The position numbers were made by a program, and so were the translations under genes. Below the pieces are notes generated by a model, which saw only the letters and a list, made by a program, of their open reading frames with translations, did not search any database and was not told where the DNA came from. A stretch of DNA of 64,000 nucleotides. It comes from Alphaproteobacteria bacterium. Lineage in GTDB: Bacteria; Pseudomonadota; Alphaproteobacteria; TMED109. The stretch covers positions 96,346 to 160,345 of the forward strand of contig CBFHON010000004.1 in assembly GCA_965657505.1 (NCBI GenBank), read 5' to 3'. Below are positions 48,932 to 59,484 of the stretch, one piece after another (positions within the stretch are counted from its first letter, which is position 1; each line of letters starts with the position of its first letter).

Positions 48932-50971
48932 TTACTTTGTCTCTCTATACCATGATAAGAAAAGAAGAATTAAACTAAATATCAGAACAAAATACCAAGG
49001 AGTTAAAGAAGACTGTTGAATATTTTTAACATAATATTTTTCATTTTTAATTAATTGTATATTTTTACTATTATCAGTTAATTTATTTTTTTGTATCTGT
49101 TTAATTTTAGGAATATTTTTTTCATTATTTACCCAATTTATTGAACCAGAAGTATAGCTTACTATAGGTTTAACTATATTATCAGTAGCTCTAACATCTA
49201 AATATTCTGATGAATTACTATTACCCACTATTAGTGAAATTTGTGAGTTGCCTGATGAAAATTTCCAAGTACCTTCTTTTGGAGATAATATTTTACCTAT
49301 TTGTTTACCTCTACCTATATCTTCTAAAACAATTTCTTCTTTAATATTATCAGGTGAAGTACTTATAATAGGTTTTTTATCTAGATTTAAAGAGTTTTTA
49401 GTGATTAATATTGTATCATTATCTATTTTTGCGGATAATTCATTTTCCTCTAATTCAGGTTCTTTCATTAACCAGTGAACTAATCTTCTTAAGAGGTCTG
49501 CCTGAGGACCTTTGTTTACTCCTGATTTAGTCCATACCCATGATTGGTCAGATAATATTTGTGCTACTCTTCCTTGCCCAACTCTATTTAGGACAAGTAG
49601 CGGTCTTGCATCAGGTCCTTCTAATAGCACATCACCAGCAATTGTTAATCCTTCTACCATTCTATACCAAGGCCCCCAATTAGAATTTATATCATCTTTT
49701 AAATTTGCAGTAACTGGATGTCTTTCACCATCTTTAGTCATAATAGGAATAAATTCTTGAACTATAATATCTCCTGTGGGTTCAGTAGGTAGTATATTCT
49801 GTAGTGGTGATAAAGATAAGCTATATGGACCAGCATACTCTGGGCCAGAAGCATCTAATAGAGCACCTCCATTTACTACATACTCAACTACATTTTTTAA
49901 ATAAAACTGAGGTAAAATTCCACGAAGATGATACTGATCAAATATAATTAAATCAAAATCGTTCAAGTTTGCTTGGAATAACTCACGAGAAGGAAATGGT
50001 ATAAGAGAAAGTTCTCCAACAGGAGTTAAATCTTGTTTATTAGGAGGCCTTAAAATTGTAAAGTGTACTAAGTCAACGGAAGGATCTGAGTTAAGAAGAT
50101 TTCTCCAACTTCTTAATCCCATATTAGGCTCTCCAGATACAAGCATTACTTTTAGTCTTTCGCGTATAGCGTTAATCTCAATTACAGACTTATTATTTTG
50201 AAGAGTAAGCTCTTCTTTTCCTGGTTCAACTTCTATATTTAAAGATGTTATACCTGCTCTTTCTAAAGGCATTGTTATTGTAACAACTTCCCCAATTGGT
50301 ATAGATCTGGATTGCTCTATCTCATCATTCATATTTATAGTGACTAGAGCATTAGGAGTATTAGCTGATATATCTTCTACTTTAATATCAATTTTAATCT
50401 CTTCTCCCACTATGCCAAACCTAGGAGATGACTCTATTATTAATCTTCTATCTTTTTCCTCTTTTTCTCCTGTAAGTATAATATTTACAGGTGCTTTAAA
50501 ATTATAATTTTCAAGTATAGAAGGAGCATCTTCAATTTGACCATCTGTGATTATTATGGCACCTGCAACTCTATCAGAAGAAATATCTCCTACCATCGAA
50601 GCTAAAGGCTCAAATAATTTTGAACCTTTTTTTCCATTAATAGTTTTTAATCTAATGTCTAAATTATTTATTTTTTCAAGCTCAGTTTTGATGGAATTAT
50701 ATGAACTCTGTGCAAGACTTTTCCTATTATTGATATTCTGGCTTGGACTTAGATCTAATATCAAGGCAACAGTATCAGGAATATTTTCCCTATTTTCAGA
50801 TACCATTGTTGGATTAGCTATTGATAGAATAATTAAGCATATTAGAGTAGCCCTAAATATATTACCTGGAGCTTTAAGTTTAAAACCAATAAAAATTACA
50901 CTCAAACTTAATAAAATTAAAATTAAAAGCAGATTAATAGGTATGAAAGGATAGAAATTTAGACTGTTCAT
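48932..50971 (-). CDS. Large membrane-anchored protein of the MoxR/DUF58 module (vWA-like MIDAS motif near the N-terminus)
   Basis: N-terminal TM helices, then LILDLSPSQ (DxSxS), and a C-terminal TM (WYFVLIFSLILLFLSWY). It is the fourth gene of a tightly packed minus-strand cluster. Confidence 0.6.
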   Translation of the reverse strand: MNSLNFYPFIPINLLLILILLSLSVIFIGFKLKAPGNIFRATLICLIILSIANPTMVSENRENIPDTVALILDLSPSQNINNRKSLAQSSYNSIKTELEKINNLDIRLKTINGKKGSKLFEPLASMVGDISSDRVAGAIIITDGQIEDAPSILENYNFKAPVNIILTGEKEEKDRRLIIESSPRFGIVGEEIKIDIKVEDISANTPNALVTINMNDEIEQSRSIPIGEVVTITMPLERAGITSLNIEVEPGKEELTLQNNKSVIEINAIRERLKVMLVSGEPNMGLRSWRNLLNSDPSVDLVHFTILRPPNKQDLTPVGELSLIPFPSRELFQANLNDFDLIIFDQYHLRGILPQFYLKNVVEYVVNGGALLDASGPEYAGPYSLSLSPLQNILPTEPTGDIIVQEFIPIMTKDGERHPVTANLKDDINSNWGPWYRMVEGLTIAGDVLLEGPDARPLLVLNRVGQGRVAQILSDQSWVWTKSGVNKGPQADLLRRLVHWLMKEPELEENELSAKIDNDTILITKNSLNLDKKPIISTSPDNIKEEIVLEDIGRGKQIGKILSPKEGTWKFSSGNSQISLIVGNSNSSEYLDVRATDNIVKPIVSYTSGSINWVNNEKNIPKIKQIQKNKLTDNSKNIQLIKNEKYYVKNIQQSSLTPWYFVLIFSLILLFLSWYRETK

Positions 50972-50974
50972 GTT

Positions 50975-53731
50975 CTATTTCTCACTTTTTTCTGAGCTTT
51001 TATTACTCAGTCTTTTTAGGATAGATTTTATATGTACTTGGTCTGCTTTATAATTTCCGGTCATAGAATACATAACTAAATTAATTCCGAAACGATATGA
51101 AAATTCTCTTTGTTTTTCTCCACCAGGAATTACTGTAAAGATAGGTTTATTAGAATTATCTTTTGCCCAAGCAGCAGCCCAATTATTACCACCAATTATA
51201 ATAGAAGAAACCCCATCTCGAGAATTTTTAGCAGTAGCTTCAACCCAGACACTTCCCCCTGTATATCTTCCTGGTAATTCATCTAGCAGGTAGAAAGACC
51301 TTCTTATAACATGATTTTCAGGTACTTCTATTAATGCAGGTAAGTCTAAAGATTTTAATATATCTTTTAAGTATACTTGTTCCTGACTAACCTTTTTACT
51401 AATAATATTATTAGGACTTTGGTCTCTAGTGTCAAAAACTATTAAGCCTCCATTTTTCATATATACTTGTATTTTTTTAATTGTATTCTCAGTTAACAAG
51501 TTTTTATTTGAAACTATTGGCCAATAAATTATAGGATAAAATGAAATATCATCTTCTACAATATTTATACCTATAGGTAAACCTGCTTCAACCGAAGTTC
51601 TCTCTCTTAATACTTTTGTTAGTTCAGATAAACCTAAATAAGAAGTTGCATCTATTTCTTCGTTTAGTGTAAGAACATAAGCTAAATGTGTTTCAAGAGC
51701 AGATATTTTATTTTTAGCTTCAGCTTGACTAAAGTTTAAGCTTATAACACATACTGAAAAAATAATTATTGATTTAGATATATTAACTAAGTTTTTAAAA
51801 TTAATTCTACCTCTAATGCTCAAACTTATAAAGTAATCTAAAAAAACTAAAATTAGTAAAGCAATTAATAAATAAGATTTAAGCTCAAATGTATTATTAG
51901 AAGAGAATTTTTCAATAATTGTTTCATCCATAAATGTTACAGTTTGTGGTGTTAGTGAAGCTAATTTATCGCCTAAATTTAATGAACGCATAAATAGTTC
52001 ATTTCCATAAAAACCAGGAGCATGACCAGAAGAAGGTATTAAATTTTCTTTATTAAAATCAGTAGGCAATGCTTCACCTGTAGGTTCAACTAGTCTTCCA
52101 AATCCATCAAGTAATTTATAAGGAGATAATGGAATATTATCTTCACTCTCTAATTGTCCAGATGACATATTAATAATTTTATCTAATATTTCTACAAACG
52201 TTCCACTTAATGGTAAATTTGACCAATCAGCATTAGCTGTAACGTGAAAAAATACATTCCATCCTTTATCATATTTTTGTCCAGTAATTAGAGGAGTACC
52301 GTCTTCTAATGATGCCCAAGTTTTATTAAACAAGTCTGAAGACGGTTCTGCAATTACCTGTTTTTTTATAAGAATATCATTATCAATATTTACTCCATAT
52401 AGGGGTGAGTTTTTAGTAAAAGTTTTTATAGAAACTGGTTCGGTCCAACTTAAAGCTCCACCGAATGCTCTCGAGTCAACTGATCTTAATTTTACTGGAA
52501 GTAAATCGGTATTTGATCCTTCAAGGTTTGGTCCTGCAAACCTTATTAATACTCCCCCATTTTTTATCCATTCTTTTAATTCTTTATTTATTGCCTCTCC
52601 TATTGTTCCCACTCCGGGAAGAATAATAACTGATATTTCATCTTTTATTAGTTTATCAATTTGAGAAATCTGAACTTTATGAAAAGAATTTATAGCTCTA
52701 TCTAAGTAATAAGCTGGAGATAATAAAGGTTGAGTCCTAAATGCTTCTTTATCTCCATAAATCCCAACATTTCTTTTTCTCCACTTTTCATCAAATAAGT
52801 AAATAGCTCCTGCATTATTCACATTTTCTATTGAGATAGAAGTTAACTCATTTCTTAATTCGTTTGGAATAATAAGGTCTGTTGTAATAATTCTATTGTT
52901 TTCTCCAAAAGTAACTTCTTTTCTATTAAGTAATTTACCTTTATTACCATTTGCTCTTAAAAAAACAGTTTCTTCTAATGAACCAATATTTCTATGTATT
53001 TCAATAGAAAAATTATTGTTATTTATACTACTAACATTTTTAATAATTTTGACGGGGGAATTATTTAAAGAGTCAATAACACTTAGATTTCCCATACTTT
53101 CTAAATTTTTAGCAAATATTTGCGAGCTATCATCGTTTTCGTGATCTATGCCATCCCAGAGCCATATTATTTTATAATTCTTATCGTTAGGTAGTTCCTC
53201 TAATTTATCATTTACTAATTTATAGTTGGAAGGCCATGGATTAGGGGTTAAAAATTCGATATTAGATTTGGCATCTAAAGCATTTAGTAATAATAATTCT
53301 TTTTTTAATACATTATTTTTTGGAGCAGTAGGTAGAATAATTATTGGTATTTGTTGTTGTTGTGCCCTATCAATATAGTCTATTAAAACTTCTTTTCTTT
53401 TCTCCCAATTAATAGAAGAAGACCATCCATTATCTATGACTAATAATAAGGTGTCATTATTTAAAAATTTAGGTTTAGCATTATATACTGGCTGAGAGAA
53501 TGCTATAATTAAAACTGATACTAAAAGTATTCTAAATAGTAAGAGCCATAGCGGAGTATTTCCAGCGGTTTCCTCTTCATTTCTAATATTATTTAAAAAC
53601 CTTAAAGCAGGAAAAAAGATAGTTTTAGGAACAGGAGGATATATTTTTAATAATATCCATATGCCAGGTATTGATAGTAATCCCCATAGTGCTATTGGAT
53701 TTCCAAAAGATAATGCACTTAATAAAGACAC
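50975..53731 (-). CDS. BatA-type N-terminal double-TM domain / DUF4159-like C-terminal domain protein
   Basis: N-terminus FGNPIALWGLLSIPGIWILLKIYPP (aerotolerance-regulator N-terminal type) and a mid-protein TM. The C-terminal region ...RRSFYLLDELPGRYTGGSVWVE...IIGGNNWAAAWA resembles DUF4159. Confidence 0.7.
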   Translation of the reverse strand: MSLLSALSFGNPIALWGLLSIPGIWILLKIYPPVPKTIFFPALRFLNNIRNEEETAGNTPLWLLLFRILLVSVLIIAFSQPVYNAKPKFLNNDTLLLVIDNGWSSSINWEKRKEVLIDYIDRAQQQQIPIIILPTAPKNNVLKKELLLLNALDAKSNIEFLTPNPWPSNYKLVNDKLEELPNDKNYKIIWLWDGIDHENDDSSQIFAKNLESMGNLSVIDSLNNSPVKIIKNVSSINNNNFSIEIHRNIGSLEETVFLRANGNKGKLLNRKEVTFGENNRIITTDLIIPNELRNELTSISIENVNNAGAIYLFDEKWRKRNVGIYGDKEAFRTQPLLSPAYYLDRAINSFHKVQISQIDKLIKDEISVIILPGVGTIGEAINKELKEWIKNGGVLIRFAGPNLEGSNTDLLPVKLRSVDSRAFGGALSWTEPVSIKTFTKNSPLYGVNIDNDILIKKQVIAEPSSDLFNKTWASLEDGTPLITGQKYDKGWNVFFHVTANADWSNLPLSGTFVEILDKIINMSSGQLESEDNIPLSPYKLLDGFGRLVEPTGEALPTDFNKENLIPSSGHAPGFYGNELFMRSLNLGDKLASLTPQTVTFMDETIIEKFSSNNTFELKSYLLIALLILVFLDYFISLSIRGRINFKNLVNISKSIIIFSVCVISLNFSQAEAKNKISALETHLAYVLTLNEEIDATSYLGLSELTKVLRERTSVEAGLPIGINIVEDDISFYPIIYWPIVSNKNLLTENTIKKIQVYMKNGGLIVFDTRDQSPNNIISKKVSQEQVYLKDILKSLDLPALIEVPENHVIRRSFYLLDELPGRYTGGSVWVEATAKNSRDGVSSIIIGGNNWAAAWAKDNSNKPIFTVIPGGEKQREFSYRFGINLVMYSMTGNYKADQVHIKSILKRLSNKSSEKSEK

Positions 53732-53733
53732 AG

Positions 53734-54609
53734 TTAAGATTCCAATTCAATTTTATTAAAATTAGCTAATGTATTACATATATTAAATAATGAAATATTT
53801 GCTTCAATATCAGAAGGTGCTAAGAAGTATTTCCAAGAATAAGAAATAGCTAATTTTTCTAAATTTTCAAAATGAAGATTTATAGCTTTTTTATAATGGC
53901 TTCTTACTGACTCTGCTTTACCTATAAGGATGTTTTGTTCTTCTTCTAAACCATTAAAGTTTATTCTCCCTTTATAAGGGAATGACTTTTCAGCTGGATC
54001 TACTATATGAATAATTATACCATTTATACCTCTATCTGATAATTGTTTGATTACTTTTTTTGTGTCTGCCAAATTATTTAAAAAATCTCCTATCAGAATT
54101 ACATGAGAGTTATTTTTAATCTCATCTATATTGGGAGCAGATATATATTTATTGTTAATTTGCTTATTAATATGATTAGATATAAAACTAACTGCTTCAC
54201 TTCCTTTTAACAACTTTGAATCTGTACCATTTAAGACTATATTTTCTCCAGATTTTGATAAAATCATAGTTAGTACGAGTGTTAATAAATTTGCCCTAAA
54301 AAGTTTTGTATCTATATTCTTTGCAGAGCTAAAATTCATAGATTGAGAGGTGTCTCTCCAGATAACAAAATTTTGTAAAGTTTGAGATTCTTTTTCTTGA
54401 ATAAAAGTTTCATTTGATTTTGCGGTTTTTTTCCAATCAATTAAGTGTGCAGGATCTCCATATTCGTATTTTCTGAATTGCCAGAAATTATCACCTACTC
54501 CGTCTTTATTTCTGCTATGCATGCCTTCCCAAATAGTATTGGCTATTCTATCGGCTTTAATATAAAGGGTTGAAATTTGACTTGATAATTCTTCGGCTTT
54601 TAATCGCAT
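53734..54609 (-). CDS. DUF58 domain protein (vWA-like)
   Basis: Hallmark FRKYEYGDPAHLIDWKKTAKS and a DxSxS-like RDTSQSM. It lies immediately downstream of moxR. Confidence 0.8.
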   Translation of the reverse strand: MRLKAEELSSQISTLYIKADRIANTIWEGMHSRNKDGVGDNFWQFRKYEYGDPAHLIDWKKTAKSNETFIQEKESQTLQNFVIWRDTSQSMNFSSAKNIDTKLFRANLLTLVLTMILSKSGENIVLNGTDSKLLKGSEAVSFISNHINKQINNKYISAPNIDEIKNNSHVILIGDFLNNLADTKKVIKQLSDRGINGIIIHIVDPAEKSFPYKGRINFNGLEEEQNILIGKAESVRSHYKKAINLHFENLEKLAISYSWKYFLAPSDIEANISLFNICNTLANFNKIELES

Positions 54610-54624
54610 ATTTTTAATACTTGC

Positions 54625-55614
54625 TTATTTTAAATTTTTAGTTAATTCATCTATAATTTTATAAAGAGAATTACCATCAGCTCTAGCAGAATAATTAAGA
54701 TTCATTCTATGCTTTAAAATAGGCTCAGCTAAAGCTTTAACATCATCAATTGAAGGAGATAATCTCCCCTGAAGAACAGCTCTAGATCGGCAAGCAATCA
54801 TCATAGCTTGGCTTGATCTTGGTCCAGGACCCCAAGCTAAACTATTTTTAATTGTCTTTAATTTTGATGTTTCAGGTCTCGCATTTGTAACTAATGTTAA
54901 TATAGCCTCTATTACTTGTTCTCCAACCGGAATAGATCTAATAAGCTTTTGTGCAGATATTAGTTGTTTTGCAGTTAGTAATTTTTTAGGCTCTAGCTCT
55001 TCGACTCCAGTAGTAGCTATCAACATTTGTTTTTCTGCATCTTTATCGGCATAAGTAATATTTACTTGCATTAAAAATCTATCTAACTGTGCTTCAGGTA
55101 AAGGATAAGTTCCTTCCTGCTCTATAGGATTTTGTGTAGCTAAAACGTGAAAAGGTTCTGGTAAATCATAATTTTTACCAGCTATAGTTACTCTTCTTTC
55201 TTGCATTGCTTGTAAAAGTGCAGATTGAGTTCTAGGACTAGCTCTATTAATTTCATCAGCTAACAGAAATTGAGAGAAAACAGGTCCTTCTAAAAATTTA
55301 AAACTTCTTTTACCTCTAGAAGATTCTTCTAAAATTTCCGAACCTAAAATATCAGTCGGCATAAGGTCAGGTGTAAATTGAATTCTCTTTCTTGATAAGC
55401 CCATTATCGTTCCTAGACTTCTAACTAATCTAGTTTTTGCTAAACCTGGCAAACCTACTAGAAGAGTGTGTCCGCCGGATAATAAAGTGATTATAATTTT
55501 ATCAATAACTTCATCTTGTCCAAAAATAATTTCTTTAACATGACTTCTTACTTTAGCAAGGTCGCTATTAAGTTTTTCTATAGCTTTGATTTCTTTAGAT
55601 GCACTTTTTGCCAT
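54625..55614 (-). CDS. moxR: MoxR-family AAA+ ATPase
   Basis: Walker A GLPGLAKT, Walker B LLADEINRASP, VLATQNP..EGTYPLPEAQLDRF. Length is 329 aa. Confidence 0.9.
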   Translation of the reverse strand: MAKSASKEIKAIEKLNSDLAKVRSHVKEIIFGQDEVIDKIIITLLSGGHTLLVGLPGLAKTRLVRSLGTIMGLSRKRIQFTPDLMPTDILGSEILEESSRGKRSFKFLEGPVFSQFLLADEINRASPRTQSALLQAMQERRVTIAGKNYDLPEPFHVLATQNPIEQEGTYPLPEAQLDRFLMQVNITYADKDAEKQMLIATTGVEELEPKKLLTAKQLISAQKLIRSIPVGEQVIEAILTLVTNARPETSKLKTIKNSLAWGPGPRSSQAMMIACRSRAVLQGRLSPSIDDVKALAEPILKHRMNLNYSARADGNSLYKIIDELTKNLK

Positions 55615-55745
55615 AATGTCCTATCCTAATTTAAAATATGTAAATAGATTGATCTAAGTATACGGTTGTTAGCATAGTTTTAGATGAAATTAAATTAAAA
55701 TTATGTATTATAGATTTTTTTATGAGATTTAGTTACATATAGATT

Positions 55746-56237
55746 ATGATTAAGGCGCCTTTTTTAATAAATGAGCATGGTGATTGGTATTATAAAGGAT
55801 CAAAAATCACTCGGCATGCTATGGTAAAACTTTTTTCTACAATTTTAGTTAGGGATGATGATAATACTTTTCATTTAAGAACCCCTATAGAAGATGTGTT
55901 AGTTGAAGTAATTGATGTCCCCTATATTGTTAAAGAAATGTTTGTCAAAAGTGAAGGTAGTTTAAAATATATATATTTTACGACTAATGTAGATAATATT
56001 TTAACAGTTGGAATTAAAAACCCTATATGGCTTGAAAAAAAGAAAAATAAGGATGAATTAATACCATATGTTTTAGTAAAAAAAGGTTTGATAGCAAAAA
56101 TATCTAGGCCTGTTTATTATCAGTTAATGGAATTGTTAGATATAAAAAATATTAAAAATATAATGTATAATGGTGTATATAGTGGAAAAGATTTTTTTAT
56201 TTTAGACCAGTCTTCTTCTAGAAAAAAATATTTATAG
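55746..56237 (+). CDS. DUF1285 domain protein
   Basis: GDWYYKGSKITRHAMVKLFSTILVRDDDNTFHLRTPIEDVLVEVIDVPY matches the DUF1285 pattern as I recall it. It is divergent from moxR, as in other alphaproteobacteria. Confidence 0.65.
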   Translation: MIKAPFLINEHGDWYYKGSKITRHAMVKLFSTILVRDDDNTFHLRTPIEDVLVEVIDVPYIVKEMFVKSEGSLKYIYFTTNVDNILTVGIKNPIWLEKKKNKDELIPYVLVKKGLIAKISRPVYYQLMELLDIKNIKNIMYNGVYSGKDFFILDQSSSRKKYL

Positions 56238-56250
56238 ATGGATTTTAATT

Positions 56251-56859
56251 TTGAATAAATTTTACTTAAATATAGAGAAAGAACTTACTTCCAGAAAAAA
56301 ATCATTTGTAAATGATATGACGGCAAGTAATAAAAATTTAAATATAAAAGTTGAGGATAAAAAATATAAAATTGCTGCTATTTTATTTCCTCTAATAGAA
56401 AAAAATAAAAAGGTAAATGTAATTTTAACTACTAGATCTAAAGATGTTGCATCGCACCCTGGACAAGTCTGTTTTCCAGGAGGAAAATTAGACAAAAAAG
56501 ACAAAAATATAATTGATTGTGCAAAAAGAGAAGCATTTGAAGAAGTTGGTATAAAAAATAGCCAAATAAAAATACTAGGACAAATAGATCAGTGTATAAC
56601 TGGTACAAATTATAAAGTTACGCCAATAATAGCATTAATCAATAGTAATTATATTCCTTCAATACAAGAATCAGAGGTTGCAGATCTTTTTGAAGTTCCT
56701 TTTGAGTTTTTTTTAGATAAAAATAATCTAAAAAGAAAAAATGCAGAGTATAAGGGTAAGCATTACTCTTACTATCAATACGATTGGAAAAATAAAAAAA
56801 TATGGGGCTCTACAGCAAGAATGATAGTTAATTTTTGCGAAATAATGAAACTATATTAG
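56251..56859 (+). CDS. NUDIX hydrolase, CoA pyrophosphatase type
   Basis: NUDIX box GGKLDKKDKNIIDCAKREAFEEVGI, preceded by the upstream motif LTTRSKDVASHPGQVCFPGG typical of the CoA pyrophosphatase subgroup. The start is TTG. Confidence 0.8.
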   Translation: MNKFYLNIEKELTSRKKSFVNDMTASNKNLNIKVEDKKYKIAAILFPLIEKNKKVNVILTTRSKDVASHPGQVCFPGGKLDKKDKNIIDCAKREAFEEVGIKNSQIKILGQIDQCITGTNYKVTPIIALINSNYIPSIQESEVADLFEVPFEFFLDKNNLKRKNAEYKGKHYSYYQYDWKNKKIWGSTARMIVNFCEIMKLY

Positions 56860-56887
56860 AATGAAAAATATAAAAAGGAAAAATTAA

Positions 56888-57151
56888 ATGAGTGTATTTA
56901 TTATCAGATTCTTACCAATTATTATTTTTTTAATTTTACTTTTACTTTGGTTCTTACTTACGAGAAGAGGTAATAAAGAAAATAAGCCTCAAAAAGCTCC
57001 ATGGTTCATTTTTATTATTATTTCTATAATAGCATTTGGAATAGTCTTAACTCTATTTAGATTTATCCAATTTGGTGAAGAGCCAGGTGGTAAATATATT
57101 CCTCCAAAATTAACTGAAGAGGGAATAGAACCTGGCCATGTTGAGCGTTAA
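56888..57151 (+). CDS. Small two-TM membrane protein, unknown function
   Basis: Two hydrophobic helices and a Pro/Gly-rich tail (GGKYIPPKLTEEGIEPG). AAGGA lies upstream of the ATG. It overlaps cca by 14 nt. Confidence 0.5.
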   Translation: MSVFIIRFLPIIIFLILLLLWFLLTRRGNKENKPQKAPWFIFIIISIIAFGIVLTLFRFIQFGEEPGGKYIPPKLTEEGIEPGHVER

Positions 57152-58385
57152 TCTGAATAGAGAAACTCCATGGTCAACGGGAACTCCTTATAATATTTTA
57201 AAAGTATTAGGAGGCTCTGATAAAACTATGATAGTTGGAGGGGCTGTAAGAGATTGGTTAAATGAAGAACCGGTTAAAGATATTGATTTTGCAACTAAAT
57301 TATTACCAAAAGAAGCTATGCAAGCCTTATTAGATTCCGGTTTTAATGTTAAATCAACAGGTATAGAACACGGAACTATAACTGTATATAGTGATAATAA
57401 GTCTTATGAAATTACTAGTTTAAGAAAAGACATTCTTACTGATGGAAGACATGCTGAAGTAGTATTTGGAGGAACTTGGGAAGATGATGCAAACAGAAGA
57501 GATTTTACGGTAAATGCATTATATGCTGATGAATATGGTACAATATTAGATGTAACTGGCGAAGGTTTTCGAGATTTAGAAAATAAAAAATTAAAATTTA
57601 TAGGAAGTCCTGGTAAAAGAATAAAAGAAGATTATTTGAGAATACTTAGATATTTTAGATTCTTATCAAAATTTTTAGTCAATATAGACAAAAAGTCTTT
57701 AGATGCATGTATTAAATATGCAGAAAATTTAAATATTTTGTCATCTGAAAGAGTTTTAATGGAATTTAATAAAATTTTGATAAGTGATAATTCTATTATT
57801 ATTATAGATAAAATGAATAAAAATAAAATATTGATGAATCTATTTAGACTAGCCTCTATTGATAATTATAAATTAAATAACAACGTTTTGAAAAAAATTT
57901 TATTAAAATTAAAGGACTATAGTAACAGAACAAATTATCCTTTTATTTTTTATATATCTTTTGTAATTGCATTATTAACTCAAAAAGAATCTAATAAAAC
58001 TACAATATTATCGGTAATGATAAAAAAGTTTAAATTATCAAATTTAGATAAAAGATTATTATTCAGAAATGTTAATTGGTTGATAGGTAAAGAAAAAATG
58101 ACTCAAGCTTCAGTAATTAAGCTTTGGCTTGATTTTGGAGAGACAGATGTAAAGGATTTAAAAGATATTTTATTGATAAAAAATAATTCAATAAAAAATG
58201 ATTTAGCATTTTATTTAAATAATCCACCTCCAGATTTTCCAGTTTCTGGAAAAGATTTATTAAAAATTGGTTTAAAAGAGGGAAAAGAAATAGGGGATAC
58301 ATTATCTAAAATTAGAGATTGGTGGATTAATAAAAACTGTAAACCTACTCAAAGTGAATGTTTAGATAAAGTCAAAAGTAAGTAA
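57138..58385 (+). CDS. cca: CCA-adding tRNA nucleotidyltransferase (class II, poly(A) polymerase family head domain)
   Basis: GGAVRDWLN, DIDFAT, RRDFTVNALY, and EDYLRILRYFRF motifs. Confidence 0.85.
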   Translation: MLSVNLNRETPWSTGTPYNILKVLGGSDKTMIVGGAVRDWLNEEPVKDIDFATKLLPKEAMQALLDSGFNVKSTGIEHGTITVYSDNKSYEITSLRKDILTDGRHAEVVFGGTWEDDANRRDFTVNALYADEYGTILDVTGEGFRDLENKKLKFIGSPGKRIKEDYLRILRYFRFLSKFLVNIDKKSLDACIKYAENLNILSSERVLMEFNKILISDNSIIIIDKMNKNKILMNLFRLASIDNYKLNNNVLKKILLKLKDYSNRTNYPFIFYISFVIALLTQKESNKTTILSVMIKKFKLSNLDKRLLFRNVNWLIGKEKMTQASVIKLWLDFGETDVKDLKDILLIKNNSIKNDLAFYLNNPPPDFPVSGKDLLKIGLKEGKEIGDTLSKIRDWWINKNCKPTQSECLDKVKSK

Positions 58386-58404
58386 AACATAATATAATTT
58401 ATAT

Positions 58405-59286
58405 TTATTTCCAAGATACTGAAGGTGGCAATGACATAAATATTGCATCAATATTACCTTCTGTCTTTAATCCAAATGCAGTACCTCTATCATAAAGCAA
58501 ATTAAACTCCACATAACGGCCTCTTTTATATAATTGGTCGATTTTTTGTTTTTCTGTCCAAGCTTTATTAATTCTTTCTGAAACTATTTTAGAGTAAGTT
58601 CTTAAAAAAGTTTGTCCTATATCTTTTACAAATTCAAAGTCACTATCAAAATTACTATCTAAATAATCAAAAAATATACCTCCTAGTCCTCTTTTTTCTT
58701 TTCTATGAGGCAAGTAAAAGTATTCATCACACCACTTTTTATACTTAGGGTAGAATGAGGAGTCATATTTATTACATGTGTTCTTTAAATTTGAATGAAA
58801 TATTTTGCTAATATTTTTTGATCTATTAATATAAGTAGGAGTTAGATCAGCTCCACCTCCAAACCAATTCTTTGTAGTTCTTATGAATCTTGTATTAAAA
58901 TGTGCTGCAGGTATAAAAGGAGAATGCATATGAGCAACTAAAGAAATACCAGTTGCATAAAAATTAGAGTTATTTTTTGCTCCAGGAATTTTATTTTTCA
59001 TTTCTTCTGTAAAAGAACCCATCACGGTTGAAATATTTACACCTACTTTTTCAAAAACTTTTCCATACATAATAGACATTTCACCTCCTCCACCAGATGA
59101 ATATCCTTTATCTGCCTTTCTTTTCCATTTCTTTCTTTTAAATTTTCCTGGTTTTAAATTAATATTATGGTTTGCTTTTGAGTTATTCTCTATGGCTTCA
59201 AATTCTGAACAAATTTGATTTCTAAGATTATAAAAATTTTTTTCAATAAATTTATATTTATCATAATTATTATTATTTTTATTCAT
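58405..59286 (-). CDS. hemF: Oxygen-dependent coproporphyrinogen III oxidase
   Basis: WFGGGADLTP, RGLGGIFFD, and GRYVEFNLLYDRGTAFGL motifs. Confidence 0.9.
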   Translation of the reverse strand: MNKNNNNYDKYKFIEKNFYNLRNQICSEFEAIENNSKANHNINLKPGKFKRKKWKRKADKGYSSGGGGEMSIMYGKVFEKVGVNISTVMGSFTEEMKNKIPGAKNNSNFYATGISLVAHMHSPFIPAAHFNTRFIRTTKNWFGGGADLTPTYINRSKNISKIFHSNLKNTCNKYDSSFYPKYKKWCDEYFYLPHRKEKRGLGGIFFDYLDSNFDSDFEFVKDIGQTFLRTYSKIVSERINKAWTEKQKIDQLYKRGRYVEFNLLYDRGTAFGLKTEGNIDAIFMSLPPSVSWK

Positions 59287-59484
59287 AAGGCCATTTTTTA
59301 TAAATTAAATTTATATCCTTAACTAAATTAAAATTTAGCTTGAAAAAAGCTTGTCTAATAATATTTTAATCTATAGTAAGTAGTTAACTTAATTTAATTT
59401 ATAAAAATGTCAAAATTATAAACGAGAGTTCTTTCAAAACTATAGATAAATATTATTTTATTTTTTATTAAAGAGGTAAATAAA

